From contig JBBIJE010000013.1 of NCBI GenBank assembly GCA_037446155.1, positions 17,008 through 81,007 on the forward strand: a stretch of 64,000 bases of DNA. The letters are read 5' to 3'. Below the pieces are notes generated by a model. It was not told where the DNA came from. It worked only from the letters and a program-made list of their open reading frames with translations, and searched no databases. Positions within the stretch are counted from its first letter, which is position 1. Each line of letters starts with the position of its first letter. Below, piece after piece: positions 30,483-39,341 of this stretch. Position numbers and translations under genes: made by a program. This DNA is from Myxococcales bacterium. GTDB lineage: Bacteria; Desulfobacterota; Binatia; UTPRO1; JBBIJE01.

Positions 30483-30910
30483 AGCTCTCGGCGATGGGCG
30501 GGGCGCGGCGCCGGCTGGCGTCACGCGTCCGCCCGTGGCTATTGCCGCTTTTGGTTTCGCTCACGGCAGGGGGCTGCTCTTTGGTCACGGGCACCACTCA
30601 GCCAGTGTCTATTACAACCAGCGTCGCGAACGCTCAGGTCTGGGTGGATGGCGTTCCGGTAGGGAGAACAGCGGGAGGCGCCCCCTTGGTGACGGCAATA
30701 AAGAAGCGCGGGAGTCACGTCGTGCACGCCACGGCGGAGGGTCAGAGTTCATATCCTTTTCGGCTCACTTCCACCTTTTCGAGCATAGGTACCCTGGATG
30801 CGGTGGGCTGCTACGTGCTGCTCCTCCCTTGCCTCACCCTGATCACGGGGCATGCCTACAACCTGGAGCCGGAAGGGGTGTATCTCGAGCTGCATCCGTC
30901 GGAGGAGTGA
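30479..30910 (+). CDS. lipoprotein with PEGA-like domain
   Basis: Lipobox LTAGGC; ANAQVWVDGVPVGRT is PEGA-like. The GTG overlaps the upstream stop as GTGA. Confidence 0.55.
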   Translation: MKLSAMGGARRRLASRVRPWLLPLLVSLTAGGCSLVTGTTQPVSITTSVANAQVWVDGVPVGRTAGGAPLVTAIKKRGSHVVHATAEGQSSYPFRLTSTFSSIGTLDAVGCYVLLLPCLTLITGHAYNLEPEGVYLELHPSEE

Positions 30911-31021
30911 AGAAGCCCCGGTCAGCGGGTATCCCGTGCCTCCCGGGGGGGCAGCGTGATATTGACCACTATAGCCGGGTCTTGTCGGGGGGCTTTTTGG
31001 GGGATCTCCTGCCGCCGGCCG

Positions 31022-31834
31022 TCATGAAGAGATGAGACCGCCTCTGCCGGGTCCCGCATCGAACCCTTCCAGGGCGAAGGTTGCGATTGGGTCCCTCACT
31101 CCCGGTGCTCGCACGGGCGGAAGCTCTCGCAAGATGAACCGGGGATCCAAGGCCGCCTTTACGGAAGCCGTAACGAGGATCTCAGCTCCGTGCGCCCGCG
31201 TAAGACGCTCCACCCGTGCCGCCATGTTGACGTTTCCCCCGACCACGGTAAATTCGACCAGCTCGCCGCTTCCGAAGACCCCGGCCACTGCCACTCCCTT
31301 GTGGATGCCGATTCCCGCCCGAAGCGCTGGCACCCCCTGAGCCGCGAGCTCGACGTTGTAGGCGCGGAGCTCTTCTCGCATGGCCAGGGCCGCGTGGGCC
31401 GCGTCGTTGGCCTGCCAAGGGTTCGGCTCGATGGCGCCGAAGAGGGCCAAAATGCCGTCTCCTATGAACTTGGCGACGTGTCCCCGGCTGGTACTGATGG
31501 CCTTGCTCATGCGCGCGAAGTATCCGTTGAGAACCCGCACCAAGAGGTCCGGGTCGAGCGCTTCGCTCATGGTGGTAAATCCAACCAAATCGGCGAATAG
31601 CACGGTGACCTCTTTCTTATCCCCGCCGGTGGCGAGCTCGTCGGCTATTACTTGCTCGACAATGTCCCGAGGCGCAAAACGCGCAAAGCTCGCTTGCAGC
31701 CGCTCCAGTTCTCTTGCCGCCTCCCCGAGCCGGGTCCTGAGCTTGTGGAGGTGTCGCCTGGAGCGCAGATAGCGCGCGAAGAAAAAAAGGGCCAGCGCTC
31801 CCGTCGTGGTAGAGAGAATCCAGGGCGCGGTCAT
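31022..31834 (-). CDS. membrane-anchored class III adenylate/guanylate cyclase
   Basis: From the ATG at 31834: one TM helix, a coiled coil, then a CHD domain with VTVLFADLVGFTTMSE, GIHKGVAVAGVFG and VVGGNVNMAARVE. Confidence 0.88.
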   Translation of the reverse strand: MTAPWILSTTTGALALFFFARYLRSRRHLHKLRTRLGEAARELERLQASFARFAPRDIVEQVIADELATGGDKKEVTVLFADLVGFTTMSEALDPDLLVRVLNGYFARMSKAISTSRGHVAKFIGDGILALFGAIEPNPWQANDAAHAALAMREELRAYNVELAAQGVPALRAGIGIHKGVAVAGVFGSGELVEFTVVGGNVNMAARVERLTRAHGAEILVTASVKAALDPRFILRELPPVRAPGVRDPIATFALEGFDAGPGRGGLISS

Positions 31835-32958
31835 CGCGGCGAAGCTAAGACCGCCCCGAGACGGCAGACCGCGTTGGCAAGCGCCGCGAGTCCCGCGGCC
31901 TCGAGGAAGCGAGCCTGGCCTATGGCGTTGCTCAAGTGCCGTGCCTTGCGTTGGATCTGCGCGGGCTGATACCAAACCGTCTCCCTGGCAAGGGTTACCA
32001 AGGAGGCCTCCACGGGATCGAGGAGCGGCGAGGAAAGATTGGCAAGGATCTCGCTAGCCTCCGCGGGGCCGAGACCCTCTCCGGCAAGGAGTCGGCGCGC
32101 TTCGAGTTGGGACTGCTCGCATCCGAGCGCCTTGCCGACTATCGCGAAGGTGAGCGCCTTGGCGCGGGAGGGCAGGAGGGGGGAGGTCCAGGCCTCGTCC
32201 ACCACCTGGCGCAAAGCGGCAGCCGCCGACGTATGGCCGAGCGGTGCGATCGCACAGGCGAAAGGGGCTTCGGCCGAAGCGCCACCGGCGGGCGACTGCG
32301 GGTGGCGGTGCCCCGTGTCGTCGCTTTTAGGTCTTCGCCGCCCTCGTCTTCGCCTGCGCATGAAAAAGGCGAGGATCGGGCGGCATATCTTGACGAAGGG
32401 CTTCTCGGGCAGGGCCTCCCAATACGCTGTGGGCATGGCCGCGAACGTCGCCACGCGATTGAAGTAGGTGCAGACCGCCACCAGGCAAGCAAGCTCGCTT
32501 ACCGCCTCGTCTGCGTAGCCCGCCTCCCGCAGGGGTAAAGTATCCTTTGGCGATGGTAGCGGGTTGGCGTGGGAGACGCGCTTGGCGAAGGTAAGTGCGG
32601 CGCGAAGGCCGCCGCTTAGGTGGATTGCCGGGATCTCTTCGTCGAGGCGCGTTATCCGCTCCTCGGGAAGCCCCAGGATCCGCAGCAGGGCTCGGCTTGT
32701 GGCGTAGCAGTATCGGCAGGAGTTGTCCTGACTGACGGCCAGCGCGACGAGATCTTCGAGGTCAGGCTCCACATGGGCTAACCCTAGTTGAGAAGGATGA
32801 AGATCGATCCAAGAACGCGCCAGCCAGGGGCAAGAGGCGAGATGCGCGAGCTCAGGCGGCGCCACTCCGAGGCGCTTGCGCGCCCGGCTTTTTAGGGAGG
32901 AATCCTCTACCGGTTCGAGGAAACATTCCTCCCACTCTATCGCTTCGAGCGGTGCCAT
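31831..32958 (-). CDS. tandem AhpD-like / carboxymuconolactone decarboxylase-family protein
   Basis: SQDNSCRYCYATSRALL is the CxxC of the AhpD/CMD fold. A second CMD-like half lacks the CxxC. The stop overlaps the cyclase ATG as ATGA. The start at 32958 is chosen over the longer 33072 ORF. Confidence 0.7.
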   Translation of the reverse strand: MAPLEAIEWEECFLEPVEDSSLKSRARKRLGVAPPELAHLASCPWLARSWIDLHPSQLGLAHVEPDLEDLVALAVSQDNSCRYCYATSRALLRILGLPEERITRLDEEIPAIHLSGGLRAALTFAKRVSHANPLPSPKDTLPLREAGYADEAVSELACLVAVCTYFNRVATFAAMPTAYWEALPEKPFVKICRPILAFFMRRRRRGRRRPKSDDTGHRHPQSPAGGASAEAPFACAIAPLGHTSAAAALRQVVDEAWTSPLLPSRAKALTFAIVGKALGCEQSQLEARRLLAGEGLGPAEASEILANLSSPLLDPVEASLVTLARETVWYQPAQIQRKARHLSNAIGQARFLEAAGLAALANAVCRLGAVLASPR

Positions 32959-33107
32959 GCGGTTTACACGCGATGCGTGGCTCCTCCCGCCCGCGTGTCG
33001 TTGGCCAGAAAGACGGCGCCACCCTCGGCGCTCCCCTCGTGCCACCATGGCGGCCAGGCACACGGCGTGCAACCGGGGTCACCAAACGGGGGTACCCGGG
33101 GGGTCAC

Positions 33108-33357
33108 GGGGGGTCAGATCTTGACGTGACGGGGGGTCAGATCTTGACGTGACCCTATGCTGCCTTGGTCGAGTCGCTTGCCGTGAAACTTTGTTGCCTC
33201 GATCGAGTTCCTCCCGCACCTTCCACCCGCACCGGCCCTGGGCGGGTGGTGCAACCGGCCGGCGGGGCGCCCCCTGCGTCAGACTCAAAAGACGAGAGCG
33301 CTGGCGCGATCGGCGACACCCGAGGAGCGCAGGCGCTTCAAGGCAGGACCCGACCCC
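33108..33357 (+). mobile_element. MITE/REPIN-like non-autonomous element, copy 1
   Basis: The left end is 2 x GGGGGGTCAGATCTTGACGTGAC (33108-33153). The right end is the inverted unit CTTCAAGGCAGGACCCGACCCC (33336-33357). Internal segments are homologous to copy 2. Confidence 0.6.
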
Positions 33358-33486
33358 GGCGCTGGTGACCGCGGGGTCTGACCCCGCGACAGTCGAAGAC
33401 ACCGGCTTGCGCCGCGATACTCGGATCGCGGAAGCGACCCCGCCCGAGCCCGCAGGCGTTTGTCGGTGGTATTATACTCGTGTATC

Positions 33487-33987
33487 ATGAGGCATATGGC
33501 CAAGGCAGTCGAGCGGTTTCTGGAACAACTCTCGACGCAGGCGCAGGCTTTTTACGGAGCGCGCCTTGTAAGCCTTGCCGTCTTCGGTTCCCACGCCGCT
33601 GGCCGGGCGGGGCGCCGCTCCGATTTCGACCTCCTCATCATCGTGACGCAAGCCGCGCCGAGACGGCGCCAAAGACTCGACGAATTCGAGGAGCTCGAAG
33701 CGCGGTTGGGGCCGGCATTGGAGAGGCTGGAGAGGAGCGGCTGGTCCGAGGATCTAAGCCCGGTCATCCGAACCCGGGAGGAAGCCCAGGGCTTTTCTAT
33801 CCTATATCTCGACATGACGGTGCACGTGCGCATCCTGTTCGATCGCGAGGGATTTCTCGAGCGCCGGCTGGCGCGGATGCGCGGGGAGCTCGAGCGCCTG
33901 GGTCCCGAGCGGCGCGAGTTCGGCCGGCATTGGTATTGGATACTCAAGAAAGATTACCGGCCGGGCGAGGTTTTCGAAATCTCGTGA
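33487..33987 (+). CDS. nucleotidyltransferase-domain protein (MNT-type antitoxin candidate)
   Basis: Carries the minimal NTase motif VFGSHAAGRAGRRSDFDLLIIV. Confidence 0.8.
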   Translation: MRHMAKAVERFLEQLSTQAQAFYGARLVSLAVFGSHAAGRAGRRSDFDLLIIVTQAAPRRRQRLDEFEELEARLGPALERLERSGWSEDLSPVIRTREEAQGFSILYLDMTVHVRILFDREGFLERRLARMRGELERLGPERREFGRHWYWILKKDYRPGEVFEIS

Positions 33988-34421
33988 CGAACATCAGGCT
34001 TGGGAGAAATTATATCGAGCGTGCCCGTGGGCGGCTTCAGTTCCTTCGCGGGATGGCGCAGGTTGGGCTTCACGCCAATGCCGTCCGAGGTAGTCAGGAA
34101 GTAGTCGCGTTGGCGTTAAAGGGGATTGCGCGGGTCGCGGGCCTCGATCCTCCGCGGGAGCACGACGTGGGGAAGTTCCTACTTGCCAATCGCGCGGCCC
34201 TACCGGCCTGTCTTGCGGGCAGGCGTCCGGAGATCAGCCGGATGTCGCGGCGCCTTAGGCGCGAGAGGGAGATTGCTTTTTACGGGGACGAAGATTTCAT
34301 TCCCTCCGAGGAATATGCGGCGGAGGACTCCGAAGAGGCGATCGCTTCGGCGGAGGCTGTCGTTGCCTGGGTGGAGGATGGGACGCGGGAGCTGGGTGTG
34401 ATCGGGGCCGGGAAGCGGTAG
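33984..34421 (+). CDS. HEPN-domain protein (HepT-type toxin candidate)
   Basis: The GTG overlaps the NTase stop as GTGA. All-helical with a PREHDVGKFL (R-x-H) region, in the classic position downstream of an MNT. Confidence 0.65.
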   Translation: MTNIRLGRNYIERARGRLQFLRGMAQVGLHANAVRGSQEVVALALKGIARVAGLDPPREHDVGKFLLANRAALPACLAGRRPEISRMSRRLRREREIAFYGDEDFIPSEEYAAEDSEEAIASAEAVVAWVEDGTRELGVIGAGKR

Positions 34422-34451
34422 ATGGGTTACACTACCAGGGGGTCACTACCA

Positions 34452-34677
34452 GGGGGTCAGGTCTTGACGTAACGCTTTCTTGCCTCGGTCGGGCTGCTCC
34501 AGCACCGCCGCGCGCCGGATCGCGCAAAGCGGCGGCCCGGGCGGCTTCTGCGCAAGCTGGCAGCGCAGCGTCTGCGCTAGACTCACAAGACGAGAGCGTT
34601 GCCGCGAGTGGGCGTCCCGGAGGGGCGCAGGCGCTTCGAGGCAAGACCTGACCCTGCTTCAAGGCAAGATCTGACCC
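34452..34677 (+). mobile_element. MITE/REPIN-like non-autonomous element, copy 2
   Basis: The left end is GGGGGTCAGGTCTTGACGTAAC (34452-34473). Right ends are the inverted units CTTCGAGGCAAGACCTGACCC and CTTCAAGGCAAGATCTGACCC (to 34677). 34572-34654 matches 33274-33356 at 66 of 83 positions in an ungapped hand alignment. Confidence 0.6.
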
Positions 34678-34680
34678 TCC

Positions 34681-34790
34681 GATGATGACCCCCCGATGAC
34701 GCCCCGACGTCAAGACCTCGTCAAGATCTGACCCCGCTTCACGTCAAGATCTGACCCCCCGCCTGACCCGTGACCCCCCGCCGGCCCCTG
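34681..34790 (-). repeat. REP-like repeat cluster E (reverse-orientation units)
   Basis: CGTCAAGACCTCGTCAAGATCTGACCCC (34708-34735) and GCTTCACGTCAAGATCTGACCCCCC (34736-34760) are followed by TGACCC repeats. These are reverse complements of the cluster A/B units. Confidence 0.8.
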
Positions 34791-35203
34791 CCGCGCGGTC
34801 CGGCCGGCGGGTCGCCGTTCAAGCGAGCGGCTATCCCAGTGCGAGGTAGCCGAGGCGCCCGGGCGGGGGAGTCGAATTCTCGCCCGAGGTTAACGGGCCC
34901 CCAAAGCGTCTGACTGATGTCCCTAGCCCTCACGAGGACTTGACTTTTTAGTCGGCCTTGGGTAGGCAATAGCTCGCTCTCGCAGGCTCGCGGAAAGCTG
35001 GCGAGGGCGGTGGTTGAAGGAAGTGGATAGCGGGAGGAGACGCGGAAGGAAGAGGGGCGGCCATCCTTTCTCGGCTTTCTGATCATCCGTTCTCTTCCCA
35101 AAGCGCTCGGTCACGAGCGGTTTGCTAGGCGCGCCGCTTTCACTTTCGCAGAGCGAGTTGGGGTGGTAGCTGTGGGCTGCGCGCAGAGGGAGGCGCAAAG
35201 CCG

Positions 35204-35596
35204 GTGAGCCGGCCGAGGAGGATCGCGGCGAGCGGGCTACTGTTGCATGTAACCGCTCGTTCGGGCGAAGGGCGCGCGGCATTCGAGTCGGAGGAGGACA
35301 GGCGAGCGTTTCTTAGCCTCCTTCGCAAATACGAGCGCCGCTATCGGCTCAGGCTTCACTCGTACGCGCTCCTTCCCGACCACTTGCACCTCCTCCTTTC
35401 CAGTGATCTCGACGGCGGCATCTCCCGGGCGATGCGGGATATCCTCGGAAGCTACAGTAAATACTACAACCGCAGCCGCAACCGGCGGGGGTCCCTGTGG
35501 GACGGGAGGTATAGGTCGGAGGTGGTGGGGGGGGCTTCACTGCACCAGGCCCGTTTGCGGCTATGCCAGACCGGCCGAGCGGTTGGCAAATGTTAA
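35204..35596 (+). CDS. REP-associated tyrosine transposase-like HUH (IS200/Y1) protein, apparently C-terminally short
   Basis: RRIAASGLLLHVTARSGEGRAAFESEEDRRAFLSLL...LHSYALLPDHLHLLL contains the HUH motif; GSLWDGRYRSEVV follows. It ends after 130 aa, and the usual Y-I-x-x-N-P-V catalytic tyrosine region is not recognisable. Confidence 0.7.
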   Translation: MSRPRRIAASGLLLHVTARSGEGRAAFESEEDRRAFLSLLRKYERRYRLRLHSYALLPDHLHLLLSSDLDGGISRAMRDILGSYSKYYNRSRNRRGSLWDGRYRSEVVGGASLHQARLRLCQTGRAVGKC

Positions 35597-35912
35597 CCGG
35601 GCATGACCCGTGTGCCTCCCCAGAAAAAGAGCGCGGCGGCCCCCAATGCAATGCAAGGTGGGGCACGTTTCGCAGCTAAGGCGTAGGGGGTGAGGCAGCG
35701 AGCTGCGGTGTAGAGCGCTGGCTGTGGCTCGGCAAGGAGGACCCGGTTGTTGGAGGCGATCGAAAGGGGGCGTTAGGGCCGTGGGCGGCGGATGGTCCTT
35801 TGGTTACATCACTAGGCGAGCGATTAGCGAACGCGGAAGCGTCCCAGGAGGCGAGCGTCAAAAGGGGACTTCAAGTGATAGCTTCCGTGCCACGGTGCGT
35901 GTCTAGCGCCAA

Positions 35913-37256
35913 GTGAGGGGGGGCCATCCCAAGGAGCAGCAAGCAAGAGTGGGGCTAGGGCGGCTTTGCGGGCCCTGGTTCGCCGGCAAGGCTCGGAAAG
36001 CATTTGTTTGGGCTTCTATAGGGAAGGTCGTAACCCAGGGGGGGCAGCTCGTCCAGATGGCGGTGCTTGCCCGGTTACTCACGCCCGAGGACTTTGGCGC
36101 CATCGGGATTGCGCTATTAGCGCTTGGTCTCTTAGATGCGCTGACGCAAACAGGATTTGATGCAGCGCTGGTGCAGCGGCGTGGCCGAGCCGAGGAATAC
36201 CTTGGAACTGCGCTTACGGTTCAATTGACGCGCGGCATTGCGCTTGCGGTAGTGCTTTGGATGGGGGGACCGTTCGTTGCGCGGTTATTCCGGAGTTTCA
36301 AAGTGGTGGAGGTGACCCAAATCTTAGGGGTGGCTGTCGGCTTGCGGGGGCTGGTTAACCCCGCCGTGGCGACGTTGAACAGGGAGCTTGAGTTTCGTCG
36401 GATCTTTTTGATCAACCTTTCGGAGACGGTGGCTTCCACGATCGTCGGAGTCGCGCTTGGCTTCAGTCTGCGGGACGTGAGGGCGCTGGCTGGGTCGCAG
36501 GTTGCAGGGCAGGTTGCGCGTGTGGTCTGTTCGTACCTCGTTATTCCTTGGAGCCCGCGGTTTGGGTTGCAGCTTGCTGCCCTACAGGAATTGGGGACGT
36601 TCGGCAGGTGGGTGTTCGCCGCGAACATTGTGGTGTTCAGCGGCCTTCAGGCAGACAGGCTGTTCATTGCTCGAGCGTTGGGAGACGAGGCGTTAGGCCG
36701 CTACTTGATGGCGTTTCGCATCTCGGAGCTCCCCGTCACCACTCTTACGTTTGTGGTTTCCCAGGTGGCGTTCCCTGTGCTGAGCCGCCTGCAGGCCCGT
36801 AAGCCGGAACTCGCGGCCCGCTACGTCAGGGGGTTCCAATTCCTTCTCTCGGTGAATGGGGTGGTGACGGCCTTCATTTTCGGGTTGGCCGGCCCGCTCG
36901 TAAAGATATTGCTCGGCGCCCAGTGGATGGATGTCGCCGCGGTACTTAGGATCCTGGTTTTGGCCAATTTTGCCAGGTCTCTACTAAGCTTCGGTGGCTG
37001 CTTGTTCTACGCCGCTGGCCGTCCGCACCTTAATTTTGTGATGAACGCTGTGAGATTTGTTGTTCTTGGAGGACTGCTCTACCCGTCTGCCCGGGAGTTT
37101 GGATTGGTGGGGGCGGCGGGTGCCGTGTTGGTCGCGAATTGCGCGATGGGAGTATTTTACGTGCGGAGTGTGCGCAGCTTGCTTGGTTTATCTTTGAAGA
37201 AACACTTCGCACCTCTGGTACCCACTGTGGATGGTGGTCCAGGGAAGATCTTGTAG
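35913..37256 (+). CDS. Wzx-type oligosaccharide flippase (MOP superfamily)
   Basis: About 12 hydrophobic segments. The N-terminal LARLLTPEDFGAIG motif is typical of polysaccharide biosynthesis flippases. The start is uncertain. Confidence 0.8.
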   Translation: MRGGHPKEQQARVGLGRLCGPWFAGKARKAFVWASIGKVVTQGGQLVQMAVLARLLTPEDFGAIGIALLALGLLDALTQTGFDAALVQRRGRAEEYLGTALTVQLTRGIALAVVLWMGGPFVARLFRSFKVVEVTQILGVAVGLRGLVNPAVATLNRELEFRRIFLINLSETVASTIVGVALGFSLRDVRALAGSQVAGQVARVVCSYLVIPWSPRFGLQLAALQELGTFGRWVFAANIVVFSGLQADRLFIARALGDEALGRYLMAFRISELPVTTLTFVVSQVAFPVLSRLQARKPELAARYVRGFQFLLSVNGVVTAFIFGLAGPLVKILLGAQWMDVAAVLRILVLANFARSLLSFGGCLFYAAGRPHLNFVMNAVRFVVLGGLLYPSAREFGLVGAAGAVLVANCAMGVFYVRSVRSLLGLSLKKHFAPLVPTVDGGPGKIL

Positions 37257-37280
37257 GCGCATCAGTCAGGGGAGTGAGGT

Positions 37281-37943
37281 TTGTTGCGTACACACGCTAG
37301 GAGCGCGCTTGACAGGTTCCTTGAGTCGTGTGCGTCGGAGAATTTGACCCTCGATATCGGCTGGGGGGATTCTCCCTACCGAGGCAGATTCCCGAACCGC
37401 ATTAGGCTGGACATTGCCATGCGTGAAGGCATGACGGTGCGGGGGAACGCTGGCGCGCTGCCCTTCAAGGACGGCAGTTTCGAGGTGGTGTTGTGTACCG
37501 AGCTGCTTGAGCACGTCCCAGATCCCAAAGCAGTGGTGGAAGAATTATACCGCGTGCTACGCCGGGGAGGCCGGTGCATCCTTTCGACGCGGTGTTGCTA
37601 TCCACTGCACGGTGGACCCCGCGACTTCTACCGTTTCAGTCGGTTCGGGTTGGAGTACCTCTTTGGCGGTTGGCGCATAGAGGTGCTTGAGGAAGACACC
37701 GGAGCCCTTGGCGCCTTAACGACGACGCTCCATGCTCTGCGGTCATTTCATCCGGGAGAGTCAAGGGAGCTTACGCGGGTCGGCACGCGATTGGGATTGG
37801 CATTTTGCGAAGTCATCTTGCGCCTTTGGCGAGCGCTTGTGGGGGACCAGGACGGCCGCTTGTGTAGCGGGTACAGGATGATTGCCGTCAAGTCCTGCGC
37901 ACCGGCAGAAGATGAGCTGGCGAGGACGGGTGGCCCGGGGTAA
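37281..37943 (+). CDS. class I SAM-dependent methyltransferase (MT1)
   Basis: LPFKDGSFEVVLCTELLEHVPDPKAVVEELYRVLRRGGRCILS is Methyltransf_11-like. Confidence 0.8.
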   Translation: MLRTHARSALDRFLESCASENLTLDIGWGDSPYRGRFPNRIRLDIAMREGMTVRGNAGALPFKDGSFEVVLCTELLEHVPDPKAVVEELYRVLRRGGRCILSTRCCYPLHGGPRDFYRFSRFGLEYLFGGWRIEVLEEDTGALGALTTTLHALRSFHPGESRELTRVGTRLGLAFCEVILRLWRALVGDQDGRLCSGYRMIAVKSCAPAEDELARTGGPG

Positions 37944-38449
37944 TGGGGGGCGCGATGGTTCAAATTGCTTTGCATGCCTGCAGGTTGCGGTGCGTTCCTG
38001 TGTGCCGCGTGATTGGAGATGATTGGCAGTGGAAAGTACCTGACCAGGCGAAGGGGCGTGAGAACCGGGTGGGGTTGGGGAGCAGCGAGGCAAGAGTAAG
38101 GGGCACGGAGGCAATCGAGCGTTCCGTTTGGCGACGATTTTGCGTGGAGTGCAAACTTCCCTTGCGCCAGGAGGGATGTGGCTGGGACGCCGGGGGGGGC
38201 TGGGCCTTCCCCGGGTGGCAGCGGCTGCGTTCTTCCGACCGACCTGGTTTAAGCGGCGGGGCGGGCGGCGTTCCTGTCCAGCGGTACCGAAGGTGCCGGA
38301 GGCGGGTGTTTCCAGCGGCGTGCACGCCACCGCGCGAAACGGTTTGTTCGGCGAGTGACGGAGGGCCAGCGATTTCCTCGGGTACCGGTCTTTCTCGGGC
38401 GTTCACGGTGGCTTTGGTTTTTTGCCACTTAGGGAAGCGTTAGATCCTT

Positions 38450-39238
38450 ATGCGTGGCGGATTCGTGACATTCGGCCGGTGGCAAGTTGCCCAGCGCGAT
38501 GAACAGAGACACTGGGTGAGTCGGCTGCAGGACACTGTGGAGCCAGAGAGGGGAAAAGAGAGGCTGAAGGAGCGTGCAGGAGAGATTGAGCGATATGTGC
38601 GGGGGCATGGTTCATTCGCGGAAAGGCCAGTTTTGGAAATAGGCATTGCTGGAATGGGGGAGATTGGCTTTCTGCAATACCCTGGGCGGTATGCGTTTGA
38701 TCGTTTAGCGCTAGTTTTCCTGCGCGCCTTCCCACAGGTGTGTCACGGTTTTCCACAGCTGCCTGCAACGGGGGAGTGCCTTTCGTTCGCCGGTCAGTCG
38801 TTTGACGTTGTTATTGCCGTCAACCTCCTTGACGAAGCGCTAGCGCCAGCCAGCGTGATGCGTGAGATGACGCGTGTGTGCAGGTTGGGGGATACGTTTG
38901 CCCGGAGAAACACGTTTACTGGAAGGCTGGTGGGGGTATCAGGGGGCTTACTCGAGAAGCTCTGGCGCACAAGTGGACTACCTGTGCTGCGTACCAAGGA
39001 TGCCCACACGATCAGCCGAGCGGTGCTGGAATGTCTTCTGAGACAACCCACGCTCGAACCCGTGGGACAGAGCTACACGTCTTGGAGCGATGGGCGCAGA
39101 CATTTCCGTGCGGCGTCAAGTTTTAAGGTGAAAGCTCTGACAGGTTACGGGCTGTTTCCTATTGTTGTTCCCCGGGGTCTCTCGAAGACGCTTTGGCGGG
39201 CAGCTGTATGGTACCTGGCACACTTAAAGCTTGGCTAA
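38450..39238 (+). CDS. class I methyltransferase-fold protein, divergent (MT2)
   Basis: VLEIGIAGMG resembles motif I, and LSFAGQSFDVVIAVNLLDEALAPASVMREMTRV resembles post-I/II. The match is weaker than for the other MTs. Confidence 0.5.
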   Translation: MRGGFVTFGRWQVAQRDEQRHWVSRLQDTVEPERGKERLKERAGEIERYVRGHGSFAERPVLEIGIAGMGEIGFLQYPGRYAFDRLALVFLRAFPQVCHGFPQLPATGECLSFAGQSFDVVIAVNLLDEALAPASVMREMTRVCRLGDTFARRNTFTGRLVGVSGGLLEKLWRTSGLPVLRTKDAHTISRAVLECLLRQPTLEPVGQSYTSWSDGRRHFRAASSFKVKALTGYGLFPIVVPRGLSKTLWRAAVWYLAHLKLG

Positions 39239-39341
39239 CAGGAATCAGGCGGGTGCGGCTAAATTTGCGGCGCCTCTTCGAAGGGGAAGGCTGGCCACCA
39301 CCGTCAACAGCACGCAGCCGCTGCCCGTTGATTAGCGAGAG

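Noticed and set aside
30960-31005. Possible bidirectional terminator between the PEGA lipoprotein gene and the cyclase gene (AGCC...GGCT followed by TTTTT).
   Set aside because: Only about a 4 bp uninterrupted stem can be drawn, which is insufficient.
37943-38443. 166 aa ORF filling the MT1-MT2 gap.
   Set aside because: Cys/Arg/Gly-rich translation with no motifs and no Shine-Dalgarno. Codon third positions are not biased like neighbouring genes. Treated as non-coding.
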